Assembly (NCBI GenBank): GCA_043820105.1
Contig: JBDREC010000099.1
Location: 62,001 to 91,927 of the forward strand
DNA from: Pseudomonadota bacterium
GTDB lineage: Bacteria > Bdellovibrionota_F > JAHFAK01 > JBDREC01
DNA length: 29,927 nt
Reading direction: 5' to 3'
This document shows positions 9,393-18,449 of this stretch, piece after piece. Within the stretch, counting starts at the first letter, position 1. Every line of letters begins with the position of its first letter. The notes under the pieces are model-generated. The model had not been told where the DNA came from. It made no database searches and worked only from the letters and a program-made list of their open reading frames with translations. The position numbers and the translations under genes are program-made.

Positions 9393-10376
9393 ATGAACGA
9401 TAAATTAAATGATATTATGACAAAGCCAATATCATCCGAATATGTAGACTCAGATGAAAGTTCCAAAGTTGTTAAAGAAATTCAAGCAACTCGTAGTCTA
9501 ATGATAAAAACGGATAATCTGATTCAAACCATTTTCCATGAGATGAAGGAATTTCGCAAAGAAAATAAAAATCACGTTACAGAAAATATTTTTAAAAATA
9601 TTGTAATTTTTGTATTATTTGCATTGATCTGTTTCGGTGGCCTTTACCTGGCTTTTGATGCAAAGATATCAAGATACAAGGAATATAAAACTAAAGTTAC
9701 AGAACTAGAATTTCAAATTCAAAACCTTCTTTCTCAAGTTGAAAAATTGAAAAACGAAAAACAAGAAATGTTTGATAAAGCAAAAAAACTAGACACTTTA
9801 TTGCAATCAAATAAAGGTCAAAAAGCTCTAGCTTATTATAAGGATGTTAAAAATGAGCTTATTCAGGCTGGAATTTATACTGGATTTATTGACTCTAACA
9901 TTTCAAAGGTTTCTCAGCAATCAAATCAAGAATTGATAGATGAAACTGTGAAACTTTACAGGCAAGGCAGATATCAAAAAACAGCTGAAATAATCAATGA
10001 TATTGATCACGACTCTTTGGATTATAATGAAACAGCAAGGGTAAAATTTGTTCAAGCAGATGTGTTTAGAAGGCTTAATAATTTAGAACAAGCAGAAACC
10101 GCCTTTAAAGATATTATATTAAATTATGTAAAGTCTGATTATATTGATGACGCTACTTATTTATTAGGTATTACTTGCTTGAATCGTGGAAAAAAACAAG
10201 AAGCTAATGACCTGTTTAGGAGCTACTATACAAATTATCCCAAAGGTATTTATATAAACCAAATTAAACGTTTGCTTAACTTACATCAAGTTCCTGCAGA
10301 GACTACTGAAGAACCTTTTCAAGAAACTTCGGAAAATTCGAGCAACCCTTTAAGTTCTACAATTACAGAAGATTAA
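9393..10376 (+). CDS. Membrane-anchored coiled-coil + TPR protein (CpoB/YbgF-like C-terminus)
   Basis: One TM (IVIFVLFALICFGGLYLAF), coiled coil, then TPR-like motifs (SDYIDDATYLLG, YYTNYPKG). Confidence 0.6.
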   Translation: MNDKLNDIMTKPISSEYVDSDESSKVVKEIQATRSLMIKTDNLIQTIFHEMKEFRKENKNHVTENIFKNIVIFVLFALICFGGLYLAFDAKISRYKEYKTKVTELEFQIQNLLSQVEKLKNEKQEMFDKAKKLDTLLQSNKGQKALAYYKDVKNELIQAGIYTGFIDSNISKVSQQSNQELIDETVKLYRQGRYQKTAEIINDIDHDSLDYNETARVKFVQADVFRRLNNLEQAETAFKDIILNYVKSDYIDDATYLLGITCLNRGKKQEANDLFRSYYTNYPKGIYINQIKRLLNLHQVPAETTEEPFQETSENSSNPLSSTITED

Positions 10377-10385
10377 TTATTATTA

Positions 10386-11690
10386 ATGTCATCTTTTTTA
10401 AATCTTAAAATTAGTGCTGTTGCCTATGGCGGATATGGAATAGGAAGGCATGATGATTTAGTTGTTTTTGTTCCTTTTGCTATTCCAGGGGATGAAATTT
10501 TAGTTGATATTGTTAAAAGAAAAAAGCGGTTTGCTTTTGGAACTATTAGAGAATTTTTAAAAGAATCTGAACAAAGAATTAAACCCAAGTGCGAGCACTT
10601 TGCTGATTGTGGTGGCTGCCATTTCCAAAATGCATCATATGAAAATGAGTTAAAGTGGAAAATGGATTGCTTTAAGGACACTATAAAGCGACTTTCCGGG
10701 CAGGGTGCTGCTGATATCCCCCAACTTTTAATTCTTCCAGACACAAAAAGAGATGAATATCGCTTTAAAGCAAAGTTTCATTTAAATGACCAACTTGAAC
10801 TTGGGTTTTATAGTAGAAAAACAAAGGATTTAATTGCTTTGTCAGATTGTCAAATTTGTACGGCACCAATTAGAGCTTTTGTCAAAAAACAAAGCCAGCA
10901 TAAATATACAAGCATTTTAAATACTCACTTTAAAAAATTAAGAGAAATCCAATTAAAAGAAGCAAATGGCACTTTGCATTGTCTTGTTGTGGCTGATTAT
11001 TTTATTGGTGATATTGAAAAATTAAAGAAAGAATCTGTTTTATTGGGAATAAATTCTCTTGCACATATTAAGTCTTTAGAAAAAGTAAGGGAAAAATCAA
11101 GGCAGCTATTTGGTGAGAAATCAATTTTATTAAAGCTTGGAGATTATAAATATTTAACAGGTACAACATCTTTTTTTCAAAACAATTTAAGACAAGCTTT
11201 AAAGCTTAATTTAGAACTTATTGCAATTTGCAAAAACATCAAAGGACAGCGCCTATTAGATCTTTATTGTGGCGCTGGCTTTTTTTCAATTCCTATTGCT
11301 GGTTTTTTTGATCGGGTTTTGGGAGTTGATTCAAATTATGAAGCTATTACATATGCAAAGCAAAGCGCTGTTTTAAATGAGCAAAATAATTTGCAGTTTT
11401 TAGGAAACAAGGCAAAAAATATTTTTAATGATAAATTCTATATTAATTATAAACCAGATACAATTGTTGTTGATCCACCAAGGGGCGGCTTAGAGCCATT
11501 ATTTTTTGATTTTCTAAAAAAAGTAAAGTCTAGAATTGTTATTTATATTTCTTGTAGTCCTCCGACCTTAGCAAGAGATATTAAAGGATTTATTAGCCTT
11601 GGATATAAATGGCAATCATGCAAACTTATTGACATGTTCCCAAATACTTATCACACAGAAAGTGTAAGTGTTTTTAAATTTTCTAACTAA
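10386..11690 (+). CDS. rlmD: 23S rRNA m5U methyltransferase, RlmD/RumA (TrmA family) with TRAM domain
   Basis: TRAM (GYGIGR..VFVPFAIPGD), CEHFADCGGC Fe-S motif, SFFQ, DLYCGAG, DPPRGG, YISC, DMFPNT.H.E. Confidence 0.85.
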   Translation: MSSFLNLKISAVAYGGYGIGRHDDLVVFVPFAIPGDEILVDIVKRKKRFAFGTIREFLKESEQRIKPKCEHFADCGGCHFQNASYENELKWKMDCFKDTIKRLSGQGAADIPQLLILPDTKRDEYRFKAKFHLNDQLELGFYSRKTKDLIALSDCQICTAPIRAFVKKQSQHKYTSILNTHFKKLREIQLKEANGTLHCLVVADYFIGDIEKLKKESVLLGINSLAHIKSLEKVREKSRQLFGEKSILLKLGDYKYLTGTTSFFQNNLRQALKLNLELIAICKNIKGQRLLDLYCGAGFFSIPIAGFFDRVLGVDSNYEAITYAKQSAVLNEQNNLQFLGNKAKNIFNDKFYINYKPDTIVVDPPRGGLEPLFFDFLKKVKSRIVIYISCSPPTLARDIKGFISLGYKWQSCKLIDMFPNTYHTESVSVFKFSN

Positions 11691-11715
11691 TTAAAGAATA
11701 TTTAAGGAAATCTTA

Positions 11716-12711
11716 ATGGAACATTATTTTACCTTTAATAAATTTTTAAAAGATAAATTTGGAAAAAAAGTTCGAAAGATTCCTGTTGATGTAGGTCTTG
11801 GCTGTCCAAATCGAGAGAATGGAAAAACAGGCTGCATCTTTTGCAATCCAGCTAGCTATGTTCCTGCTTGGACTTTGGAAAAAATTAGCATTGAGGGTCA
11901 AATTCAAGCTGGCCTTGAAATAACAAAGAAAAAAGATTCATTAGCTCTTGTTTATTTGCAAGCAGGAACAAATACCTATGCTGATCCTTTGCTTTTAGAG
12001 CGAATATATAAATCTGTGTTTATAGATGAATCTATTGTTGGTTTAATTATTGGGACAAGGCCAGATTGCCTTTCTGATGAAGTAATTGATTTAATTTCTG
12101 ATCTTAATAAAAATCATTATTGTGCTATGGAAATTGGCATTCAAGCTTGTGATGATAATATTCTAAATTTATTAAAAAGAGGTCATGTTCATCAGGATTC
12201 TATTAATGCTGTCAAAAAACTTGCAAAGAAAAATATTGATGTTTTTGCTCATGTTATTTTAGGTCTTCCTGGTCATGATGAAAAAACTGTTATTAAAGAA
12301 GCACAAGAAATATCAAAGCTTGATTTAAGGGGAGTGAAAATTCATAATTTTCATGTTTGTAAGGATACAGAGCTTGAAGGGGTTTACAAGGGAACAAGGG
12401 AACAAGGGAATGAGGGAACAAGGGGGGTGGACTTCGGGGCACCTGAGGCGAGTCATCCTGGACTTGTTTCAGGATCCTTTGAGCATGTTTTGAATTTACT
12501 GTCAGAAAATGAGTATATTGATTTGCTTGTAAGCTATCTTGCTCACTTGAATCCTAATTTTTCAATCCTTCGCTTGTTTGCTGATACAAAACCTGACCTA
12601 ATGCTCGCACCAAAATGGAAAAAGTTAAAATCTGAACTAATATTAATGCTAAATCAGAAAATGGACCGAGAATCTCTTTTTCAGGGCAAATATTTCAAAA
12701 ATAGCAATTAA
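11716..12711 (+). CDS. Radical SAM protein, YhcC/TIGR01212-like, with a repeat-derived insertion
   Basis: CPNR..G..GCIFC, YLQAGTNTYA, IGTRPDCL, HVILGLP, GVKIH, LAPKW. Confidence 0.88.
   Translation: MEHYFTFNKFLKDKFGKKVRKIPVDVGLGCPNRENGKTGCIFCNPASYVPAWTLEKISIEGQIQAGLEITKKKDSLALVYLQAGTNTYADPLLLERIYKSVFIDESIVGLIIGTRPDCLSDEVIDLISDLNKNHYCAMEIGIQACDDNILNLLKRGHVHQDSINAVKKLAKKNIDVFAHVILGLPGHDEKTVIKEAQEISKLDLRGVKIHNFHVCKDTELEGVYKGTREQGNEGTRGVDFGAPEASHPGLVSGSFEHVLNLLSENEYIDLLVSYLAHLNPNFSILRLFADTKPDLMLAPKWKKLKSELILMLNQKMDRESLFQGKYFKNSN
12386..12425. repeat. Octamer tandem repeat (ACAAGGGA) x5, in frame within the radical SAM gene
   Basis: acaaggga acaaggga acaaggga atgaggga acaagggg. Confidence 0.93.
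12452..12476 (+). repeat. REP-like palindrome
   Basis: GTC-ATCCTGGA-CTTGT-TTCAGGAT-C: 8-bp stem (one G-U pair) with a 5-nt loop after a GTC leader, resembling (C)GTC-type REPs. Confidence 0.55.
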
Positions 12712-12834
12712 GATTGAGAAAAATTTGTCACAATTCTAATCATTTTTATTAAGTTATCCTATGTTTAAAAAAAAGAATTTTTCTTTCTTCTATCCAAGTG
12801 CTGAATTATTAAAGATAAAATGAAATGATTTTTT

Positions 12835-12850
12835 TGGTCCCTATTTTGCT
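12835..12850 (+). promoter_or_regulatory. Putative sigma54 (-24/-12) promoter
   Basis: TGGTCCCTATTTTGCT = GG-N10-GC with TTGCT, about 50 nt upstream of ORF 12903. Confidence 0.6.
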
Positions 12851-12902
12851 TACTATTTTATCACTTAATAACGTTTATTATTAGCTAAGAAAGGATTATT
12901 CA

Positions 12903-13448
12903 GTGAAAAAATTAACTATTTTTTGTTTTCTATTGATTGTTTTTAATATTACAGCCGAAAATCGTGAAAACGCTACGCTTTTTCCTGCCGGAGAAAAGAG
13001 ACCAAGGCTGAGTGGAGATTTTAAGATATTTGAAGCTATTTATGAAATTACATCAGGTATTCGAGAAGTAAAAATGCTACGTGCCAGTCTAGAAGATAAA
13101 CTGCTTGAACTTGATTGTATTGTTGTTGTGAAACCAGAAATTTTCAATCATTTAAGAGAAATTAAAAAACTTCATTTATCTTCTTATTTAATAGAGAGCA
13201 TTTATGAATATGGTAAAGGATCATGTGGTCAATTAAAAGTATGCCCAAGGCACCCTAATCTTGCACCTGGAATCGTGATAGAGGATATAGAAGAAATGAA
13301 CGCAGTTTATGGATCAAGACAATATGAGGCAGTTCGCTTATATCTTGCATTAAGGAAAGCGAGCCATGAGACTATATATTTTTATTATGAGGGGTTAATT
13401 GGATTTACAGAGAATGGAGTCATTTTTAATGGCGAAGTAATTGAATAA
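12903..13448 (+). CDS. Hypothetical secreted protein
   Basis: GTG start with AAGGA SD, signal-peptide-like MKKLTIFCFLLIVFNITA; no recognised domain. Confidence 0.7.
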   Translation: MKKLTIFCFLLIVFNITAENRENATLFPAGEKRPRLSGDFKIFEAIYEITSGIREVKMLRASLEDKLLELDCIVVVKPEIFNHLREIKKLHLSSYLIESIYEYGKGSCGQLKVCPRHPNLAPGIVIEDIEEMNAVYGSRQYEAVRLYLALRKASHETIYFYYEGLIGFTENGVIFNGEVIE

Positions 13449-13527
13449 TTAATTTTATCAATTTACACTTTAATTTTGGCCATATTATTGAAACTATTGG
13501 TTAATTTGGAAAAACAGATCCGGACAA

Positions 13528-14313
13528 TTAACTGTTATAATTAAATACAATAGAAGTAATAAAACTCATGTCATTTTCTTCAACTCCCGTTTTAGGCACA
13601 GAATCATATTCATCCTTAAGTGTTAGTCTTATTTTTATTATATCTTTATATATTGTGATATCTAAATTTGTATTAAGAAAAATATGAACATCACTCCAAT
13701 CTGTAATTTTGGGAACATAGAAAAAATCAAGATTCCAGGAAACAATCTCATTTATTGAATAAGAGAATATATGTCTGTAAGATAGTCTGGGGGTATGTTC
13801 ATTTGCATAGCCATTAAATTGTTCAAATTCATATGTTATAGCTAAACTCGCTGCATTTAAAAGGGTTCCTAATTTAAAATCATACCATGGGCCCGTTCCC
13901 CCTGTTAACCTGTAGTCAAGCAATAATAGTTCATTATATGCATGCGTATTATAAACAAACCATTTAAGATTATCAAAAATTGTGTGATCATACCTTGCTA
14001 CAGCAGAAGCATCATTTCTATTGATAATATCATTATATTCTAAATATGTCAGATCTCCAATAATGTAAAAGTTTTGTTTTTTACAGTTAAAGTTAAATGC
14101 CATATTCGCAGCTAAACTGCTAATATCCGCGTTTCCTGTGGTTTGCGCTGTTCCCAGGCCGGCTTCTATTTTATAGACATTTCCATTTTGTAAGTCATTT
14201 GGATTCAGTGTTCTTGTATCTCCTGCCCTGCCATCTGCGAATAGTGTATTCACCGAGAAAAATAAAATAACACAGGTTATGAATAAGGTTTGAATTCTTT
14301 TTTCTATTATCAT
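13528..14313 (-). CDS. Outer-membrane beta-barrel protein, DUF481/YdiY-like
   Basis: Signal peptide, TTGN, LDYRLTGGTGPWY, DEYDSVP..G.E.ND and terminal beta strand. GGAG SD. Confidence 0.7.
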   Translation of the reverse strand: MIIEKRIQTLFITCVILFFSVNTLFADGRAGDTRTLNPNDLQNGNVYKIEAGLGTAQTTGNADISSLAANMAFNFNCKKQNFYIIGDLTYLEYNDIINRNDASAVARYDHTIFDNLKWFVYNTHAYNELLLLDYRLTGGTGPWYDFKLGTLLNAASLAITYEFEQFNGYANEHTPRLSYRHIFSYSINEIVSWNLDFFYVPKITDWSDVHIFLNTNLDITIYKDIIKIRLTLKDEYDSVPKTGVEENDMSFITSIVFNYNS

Positions 14314-14344
14314 TGCTTGCTCCTGAAAATAATTACTCCTTTTA

Positions 14345-14701
14345 TTAATAGTTTATAATTACATTTGCATCTTCCAGCCACAAAGTGCCATCCATAATTC
14401 TGTTTGCATCACTAAGCGCTGCTTGGCTTGAATCTGCACTTAAGCATCTTAACCTTGTTTCGCGGTCTTTCCAGTTTGCAAAAGCAATTTCAAAATCATC
14501 AGTAAGCATAATCAGATAAGAGTTGATGCATTCGTTTTTAAAGGCATTTTTAGCTAAAGCTAAATGACTTTTCATTTCTCTAAAAAACTGTTTCTTTAAA
14601 TACTGCTTTTTTCTTTTACCAATATATAAGGTTGAATTTCCACTTTTCCAGTTGACCTCACTGTCATGCTTGAAAACAGAATAAATCTGATTTCTTATCA
14701 T
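14345..14701 (-). CDS. Hypothetical protein
   Basis: 118-aa ORF with AAGGA SD, 31 nt upstream of the DUF481-like gene and downstream of a sigma54-like site. Confidence 0.6.
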   Translation of the reverse strand: MIRNQIYSVFKHDSEVNWKSGNSTLYIGKRKKQYLKKQFFREMKSHLALAKNAFKNECINSYLIMLTDDFEIAFANWKDRETRLRCLSADSSQAALSDANRIMDGTLWLEDANVIINY

Positions 14702-14772
14702 TTTTCCTTTAATATTTTCAAAGCATTGTTTTTTTAACCTAATAGTGCTTTGTTTTTAATATTCTAACGTTT

Positions 14773-14788
14773 TGCATTAAAGATGCCA
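14773..14788 (-). promoter_or_regulatory. Putative sigma54 promoter
   Basis: Minus strand TGGCATCTTTAATGCA = TGGCA..GG-N10-GC-A, about 70 nt upstream of ATG 14701. Confidence 0.65.
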
Positions 14789-14955
14789 TGTGAATTTAAA
14801 AAAACATGTCCATAGTTTCAATTGGTTATGGCGCTCCGCGGTTTCTATAAATTAAAACGGGGTGTTTTGGGGCTTTCTTGGGGTGAGGATTTAAACCACA
14901 AGGCACAGAGATAAGAAAAAAAGTGTTTTCCAGAAATTCTTCGTGCCTATGGACT

Positions 14956-15100
14956 CTCATCAACTCATTGGATGGCGGTATCTGCCTATGGAGGAAGAAA
15001 AGTTATTGCAACAGAAGAAGGTCTAATCAGGAAGCTTGAACAACTGCAAAAAGAAGGTGTTGTTATTGAGGGTAGTCGTGTGGCCAGAAGGGTAAGATAG
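14956..15100 (+). pseudogene. Possible C-terminal remnant of an MGMT/Ogt/ATL-family gene
   Basis: LINSLDG in one frame, then VSAYGGRKVIATEEGLIRKLEQLQKEGVVIEGSRV in another. Resembles the segment after PCHRV. No N-terminal part or PCHR motif is present. Confidence 0.35.
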
Positions 15101-15259
15101 TTATTGTGCGATAATAAATAATTTTTCTTTATTTATCTAAAATTGAATAAATCCTAAATTTTAAGCAAAAAATTCCTTGAAACTTAAAAAAAAAAAGAGT
15201 ATAGAACTTGATTCTATTTAATTAATGCTTATATCTAAAAAATATAAAGGATAGTTATA

Positions 15260-15427
15260 TTGTCTACTTACGTTGTGAATCAATGTTTAATATGTGCCTG
15301 GAGAGATAGCTGTAATAAAAAATATATTTATTCAGGCTCTAATGATCGTCATTGCCCAGAATTCACGAAAGATGTAAGATTAGATAAAAAGCATAAAGAC
15401 GAATCAATTAGGAAAAACGAAGATTAG
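15260..15427 (+). CDS. Small four-cysteine protein (55 aa), missing from the ORF track
   Basis: AAGGA SD 8 nt before TTG; MSTYVVNQCLICAWRDSCNKKYIYSGSNDRHCPEFTKDVRLDKKHKDESIRKNED*; C-x2-C-x5-C-x13-C. Confidence 0.75.
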   Translation: MSTYVVNQCLICAWRDSCNKKYIYSGSNDRHCPEFTKDVRLDKKHKDESIRKNED

Positions 15428-15432
15428 TTTGT

Positions 15433-15453
15433 AGCTACGAGCTACAAGCCACA
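15433..15453. repeat. Degenerate heptamer repeat (AGCYACR) x3
   Basis: agctacg agctaca agccaca, between the small ORF and degP. Confidence 0.55.
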
Positions 15454-15473
15454 CTAGCCCACGGAGTTTCACT

Positions 15474-16937
15474 ATGAAAAAAATAATTATAATTGCCCTC
15501 TCAATGCTATTTATTTTCTCACTAATGTCATGCCAGCCAGAGAGCTTAAATGCAAAAAATCTATGGTCAGAGAAAAAACCAAAGCTTTCTGAGAATTCAA
15601 AAACAGTGACCTTGCCTTCTTTTGAAACGCTAGCAGAAGTTGTCACTCCTTCAGTTGTAAACATAAGCACAACACAAGTTGTAAAAAACAATCCTTATAA
15701 TCATTTCTTTGGACCAAAAGGTAGACAAAGAGGGCAAGATCCATTTAATGAATTTTTTGGGGATGATTTTTTTGAAAAGTTTTTTGGAGGTCCCCGAAAT
15801 GAATCTCAAGAACGTAGTGCCCTTGGTTCAGGATTTATTTTAAATGAAGATGGCTATGTTGTTACCAATTGTCATGTAATTAAAGATGCTTCAAAGGTTA
15901 AAGTAATTCTAGCAAATGAAAAAGAATATGATGACGTTGAAATAATAGGTTGCGATCAAAAAACAGATGTTGCCCTTGTCAAAATTAAAAGCAAAGATAA
16001 ATTTAAGCCTGTTTCTTTAGGAAACTCAGACAATCTTAAGGCCGGTCAATGGGTGGTTGCAATTGGAAATCCCTTTGGTCTTGGTCATTCAATAACATCA
16101 GGTATTGTCAGTTTTATTGGAAGAGAAATTCAGCTGACTCAATATGATAATTTTATTCAAACGGATGCCTCTATTAACCCCGGAAATAGCGGAGGTCCAC
16201 TTCTAAATACTGATGGTCAGGTTATTGGAATTAACACAGCAATTCTGGCCTCAGGACAAGGTATTGGTTTTGCAATTCCTGTTAACTTGGCGAAAAATAT
16301 TATTAAACAGCTTCTAGAAACTGGTAAAATCACTCGCGGTTGGCTGGGAATTTTTATGAAAGAGATTGATGATGTTCAAAAAGAAGTATTTGGATTTAAA
16401 GACAAGACAGGTATTTTAGTTCATGACGTTGTTGAAGATAGCCCAGCAGAAAAAGCAGGATTTAAACCTGGGGATGTTATTATCGAATATAATGGCAAAG
16501 CCATAGAAAAAGCTCGTGAATTTTCAAGGCAAATTGCCAACACTTCACCTGGGACAAAGGTTGAGTTTACTGTTTTAAGAGGCGGAAATAAAATAAATAT
16601 TAAAGCAGAAATTGCAAAAATGGAAGATGAAGAAGAAATTACTTTAGCTAAAAAAGATGAAAATATGCTTGGCCTAAAAGTTAGAAATTTAAATAATGAT
16701 GATAAATCCAAGTATGGAATTAAAGAGGGCATCTTTGTCACTGAAGTTGCCAACAATTCTCCTTTTTCTTATCAAGTCCAGGCAAGTGATGTTATTTTAA
16801 AAGTGAACAAGACTTCAATAAATAGTATTAGAGATTTTAGTAAAGCAATTTCAAGCCTTAAAAAAGGTGATGGAGTCGTTCTCCTGATCTTGCGAGATGG
16901 ACATAGAAGAATGTTCGTATCCACTAGAATTGAGTAA
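15474..16937 (+). CDS. degP: HtrA/Do-family serine protease with 2 PDZ domains (possible lipoprotein)
   Basis: GSGFI, VTNCHVI (His), TDVAL (Asp), QTDASINPGNSGGPL (Ser), RGWLGI PDZ; LMSC lipobox-like sequence. Confidence 0.93.
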   Translation: MKKIIIIALSMLFIFSLMSCQPESLNAKNLWSEKKPKLSENSKTVTLPSFETLAEVVTPSVVNISTTQVVKNNPYNHFFGPKGRQRGQDPFNEFFGDDFFEKFFGGPRNESQERSALGSGFILNEDGYVVTNCHVIKDASKVKVILANEKEYDDVEIIGCDQKTDVALVKIKSKDKFKPVSLGNSDNLKAGQWVVAIGNPFGLGHSITSGIVSFIGREIQLTQYDNFIQTDASINPGNSGGPLLNTDGQVIGINTAILASGQGIGFAIPVNLAKNIIKQLLETGKITRGWLGIFMKEIDDVQKEVFGFKDKTGILVHDVVEDSPAEKAGFKPGDVIIEYNGKAIEKAREFSRQIANTSPGTKVEFTVLRGGNKINIKAEIAKMEDEEEITLAKKDENMLGLKVRNLNNDDKSKYGIKEGIFVTEVANNSPFSYQVQASDVILKVNKTSINSIRDFSKAISSLKKGDGVVLLILRDGHRRMFVSTRIE

Positions 16938-18419
16938 TTTTTCAATAGCTTCTTCTACAACTAATCTATCATTAAACTCAATCGTTTCATCTTTCAGAAT
17001 TTGATAAGTTTCATGACCTTTGCCCAAAATTAAAACCAAATCGCCTTCTTTTGCAAATGAGATTATTTTCTCAATGGCCTTTTTTCGATCAAGGATTACA
17101 ATTGGTTTGTGGTCAATCATTCCTGTAAGAATATCTTCAGTTATTTCAATTGGATTTTCACTTCTGGGATTATCTGAAGTTAGAACTACAATGTCACTAT
17201 GCATAGCAGCGATATCTCCCATTATAGGGCGCTTGCTTTTATCTCTGTCACCACCACACCCAAATAAAGTGATAATTCTTTTAGGATTTAAAGAAGCGGC
17301 AAGTTTTAAAACATTGGCCATTGAATCCGGGGTATGAGCATAATCAACAGCTACAGAAAAATCTTGGCCCCTGTCAACAAGTTCAAATCTTCCAGAAACA
17401 CGAATAGAAGACTCAAGACCTCTTTTTATAATCTCTAAATCAATACCTTGAGATAAGGCGCAAGCAACCGCAGCTAGGCAGTTATAGACATTATATTTCC
17501 CTATGAGTTTGCTTACAATGTCAATGTTTCCATTGTCCACACAAAGTGTGAATTTGCTAGAGTTTATGTTAAGTTCAATGTTTTTAGCATAAACAGTAGC
17601 ATTGCTAGTTAAACCATAAGTAATAACTTTCGCCTTGGTTTTATTTATGAAATCAGCAGCCTCTGGATCATCAAGGTTTACAATTGCATGACTATTTTTA
17701 TCAAGGGTTTTAAATAGTTTTAGCTTTGCTGATTTATAGTTATACATTGTTTTGTGATAATCGAGGTGGTCTTTTGTTAAATTAGTAAAGATTGCAACAT
17801 CAAACTTGCACCCGTGAACTCTATGAAAATCGATACCATGCGAGCTTGTTTCTAAAACACAATACTCAAAATCCTCATCTGACATTTTTTTGAGGATTGG
17901 ATGCAGATCAGATGGTTCTGGAGTTGTATTAATTGATGGAAAAGTCTTTTCACCCATTTTATAATACAAAGTTCCTAGTAAACCAATTTTAGTTTTTTCA
18001 TTAAAAATAGCTTCCACAATATGACTTGTGGTAGTTTTTCCATTAGTTCCTGTTACACCAATAAGCTTTATACTAGATGATGGATATTCATAAAAGCAGC
18101 TAGATATAATGGCAAGAGCTAGACGAGTATCGCTTACGGTAATTTTGCAGATATTTTTAGGAAGCACTATTTCCTTTGAAACAATTACAGATGAAGCACC
18201 ATTATTTATTGCCACTTGAATAAAATCATGACCATTATCTATGTCTACTTTTTTTTGATTTGTATAAATATTGATTGCTACAAAAATATCACCAGGCTTA
18301 ATAAGCTCAGGATCATATTGAATTCTATTAATTTTGATATCATCAATATTTAAATTGCCACTAAGGTTTTCTAGAACATTTTCTTTTCGAAGTGCATTAA
18401 CTAATATTCTAAGATTCAT
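16851..18419 (-). CDS. murE: UDP-MurNAc-L-Ala-D-Glu:meso-DAP ligase
   Basis: GVTGTNGKTTT, NTTPE, ETSSHG, TNLTKDHLDYH, DYAHTPD, FGCGGDRD, DNPR (DAP type), GKGHE. Confidence 0.93.
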   Translation of the reverse strand: MNLRILVNALRKENVLENLSGNLNIDDIKINRIQYDPELIKPGDIFVAINIYTNQKKVDIDNGHDFIQVAINNGASSVIVSKEIVLPKNICKITVSDTRLALAIISSCFYEYPSSSIKLIGVTGTNGKTTTSHIVEAIFNEKTKIGLLGTLYYKMGEKTFPSINTTPEPSDLHPILKKMSDEDFEYCVLETSSHGIDFHRVHGCKFDVAIFTNLTKDHLDYHKTMYNYKSAKLKLFKTLDKNSHAIVNLDDPEAADFINKTKAKVITYGLTSNATVYAKNIELNINSSKFTLCVDNGNIDIVSKLIGKYNVYNCLAAVACALSQGIDLEIIKRGLESSIRVSGRFELVDRGQDFSVAVDYAHTPDSMANVLKLAASLNPKRIITLFGCGGDRDKSKRPIMGDIAAMHSDIVVLTSDNPRSENPIEITEDILTGMIDHKPIVILDRKKAIEKIISFAKEGDLVLILGKGHETYQILKDETIEFNDRLVVEEAIEKLLNSSGYEHSSMSISQDQENDSITFFKA

Positions 18420-18449
18420 TTTAAGCCTTTCAGATTAGGGGAAGGCGAG

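Noticed and set aside
15204-15240. GAACTT as a sigmaE -35 for degP
   Set aside because: No TCTRA/TCAAA-like -10 at 16-17 nt spacing.
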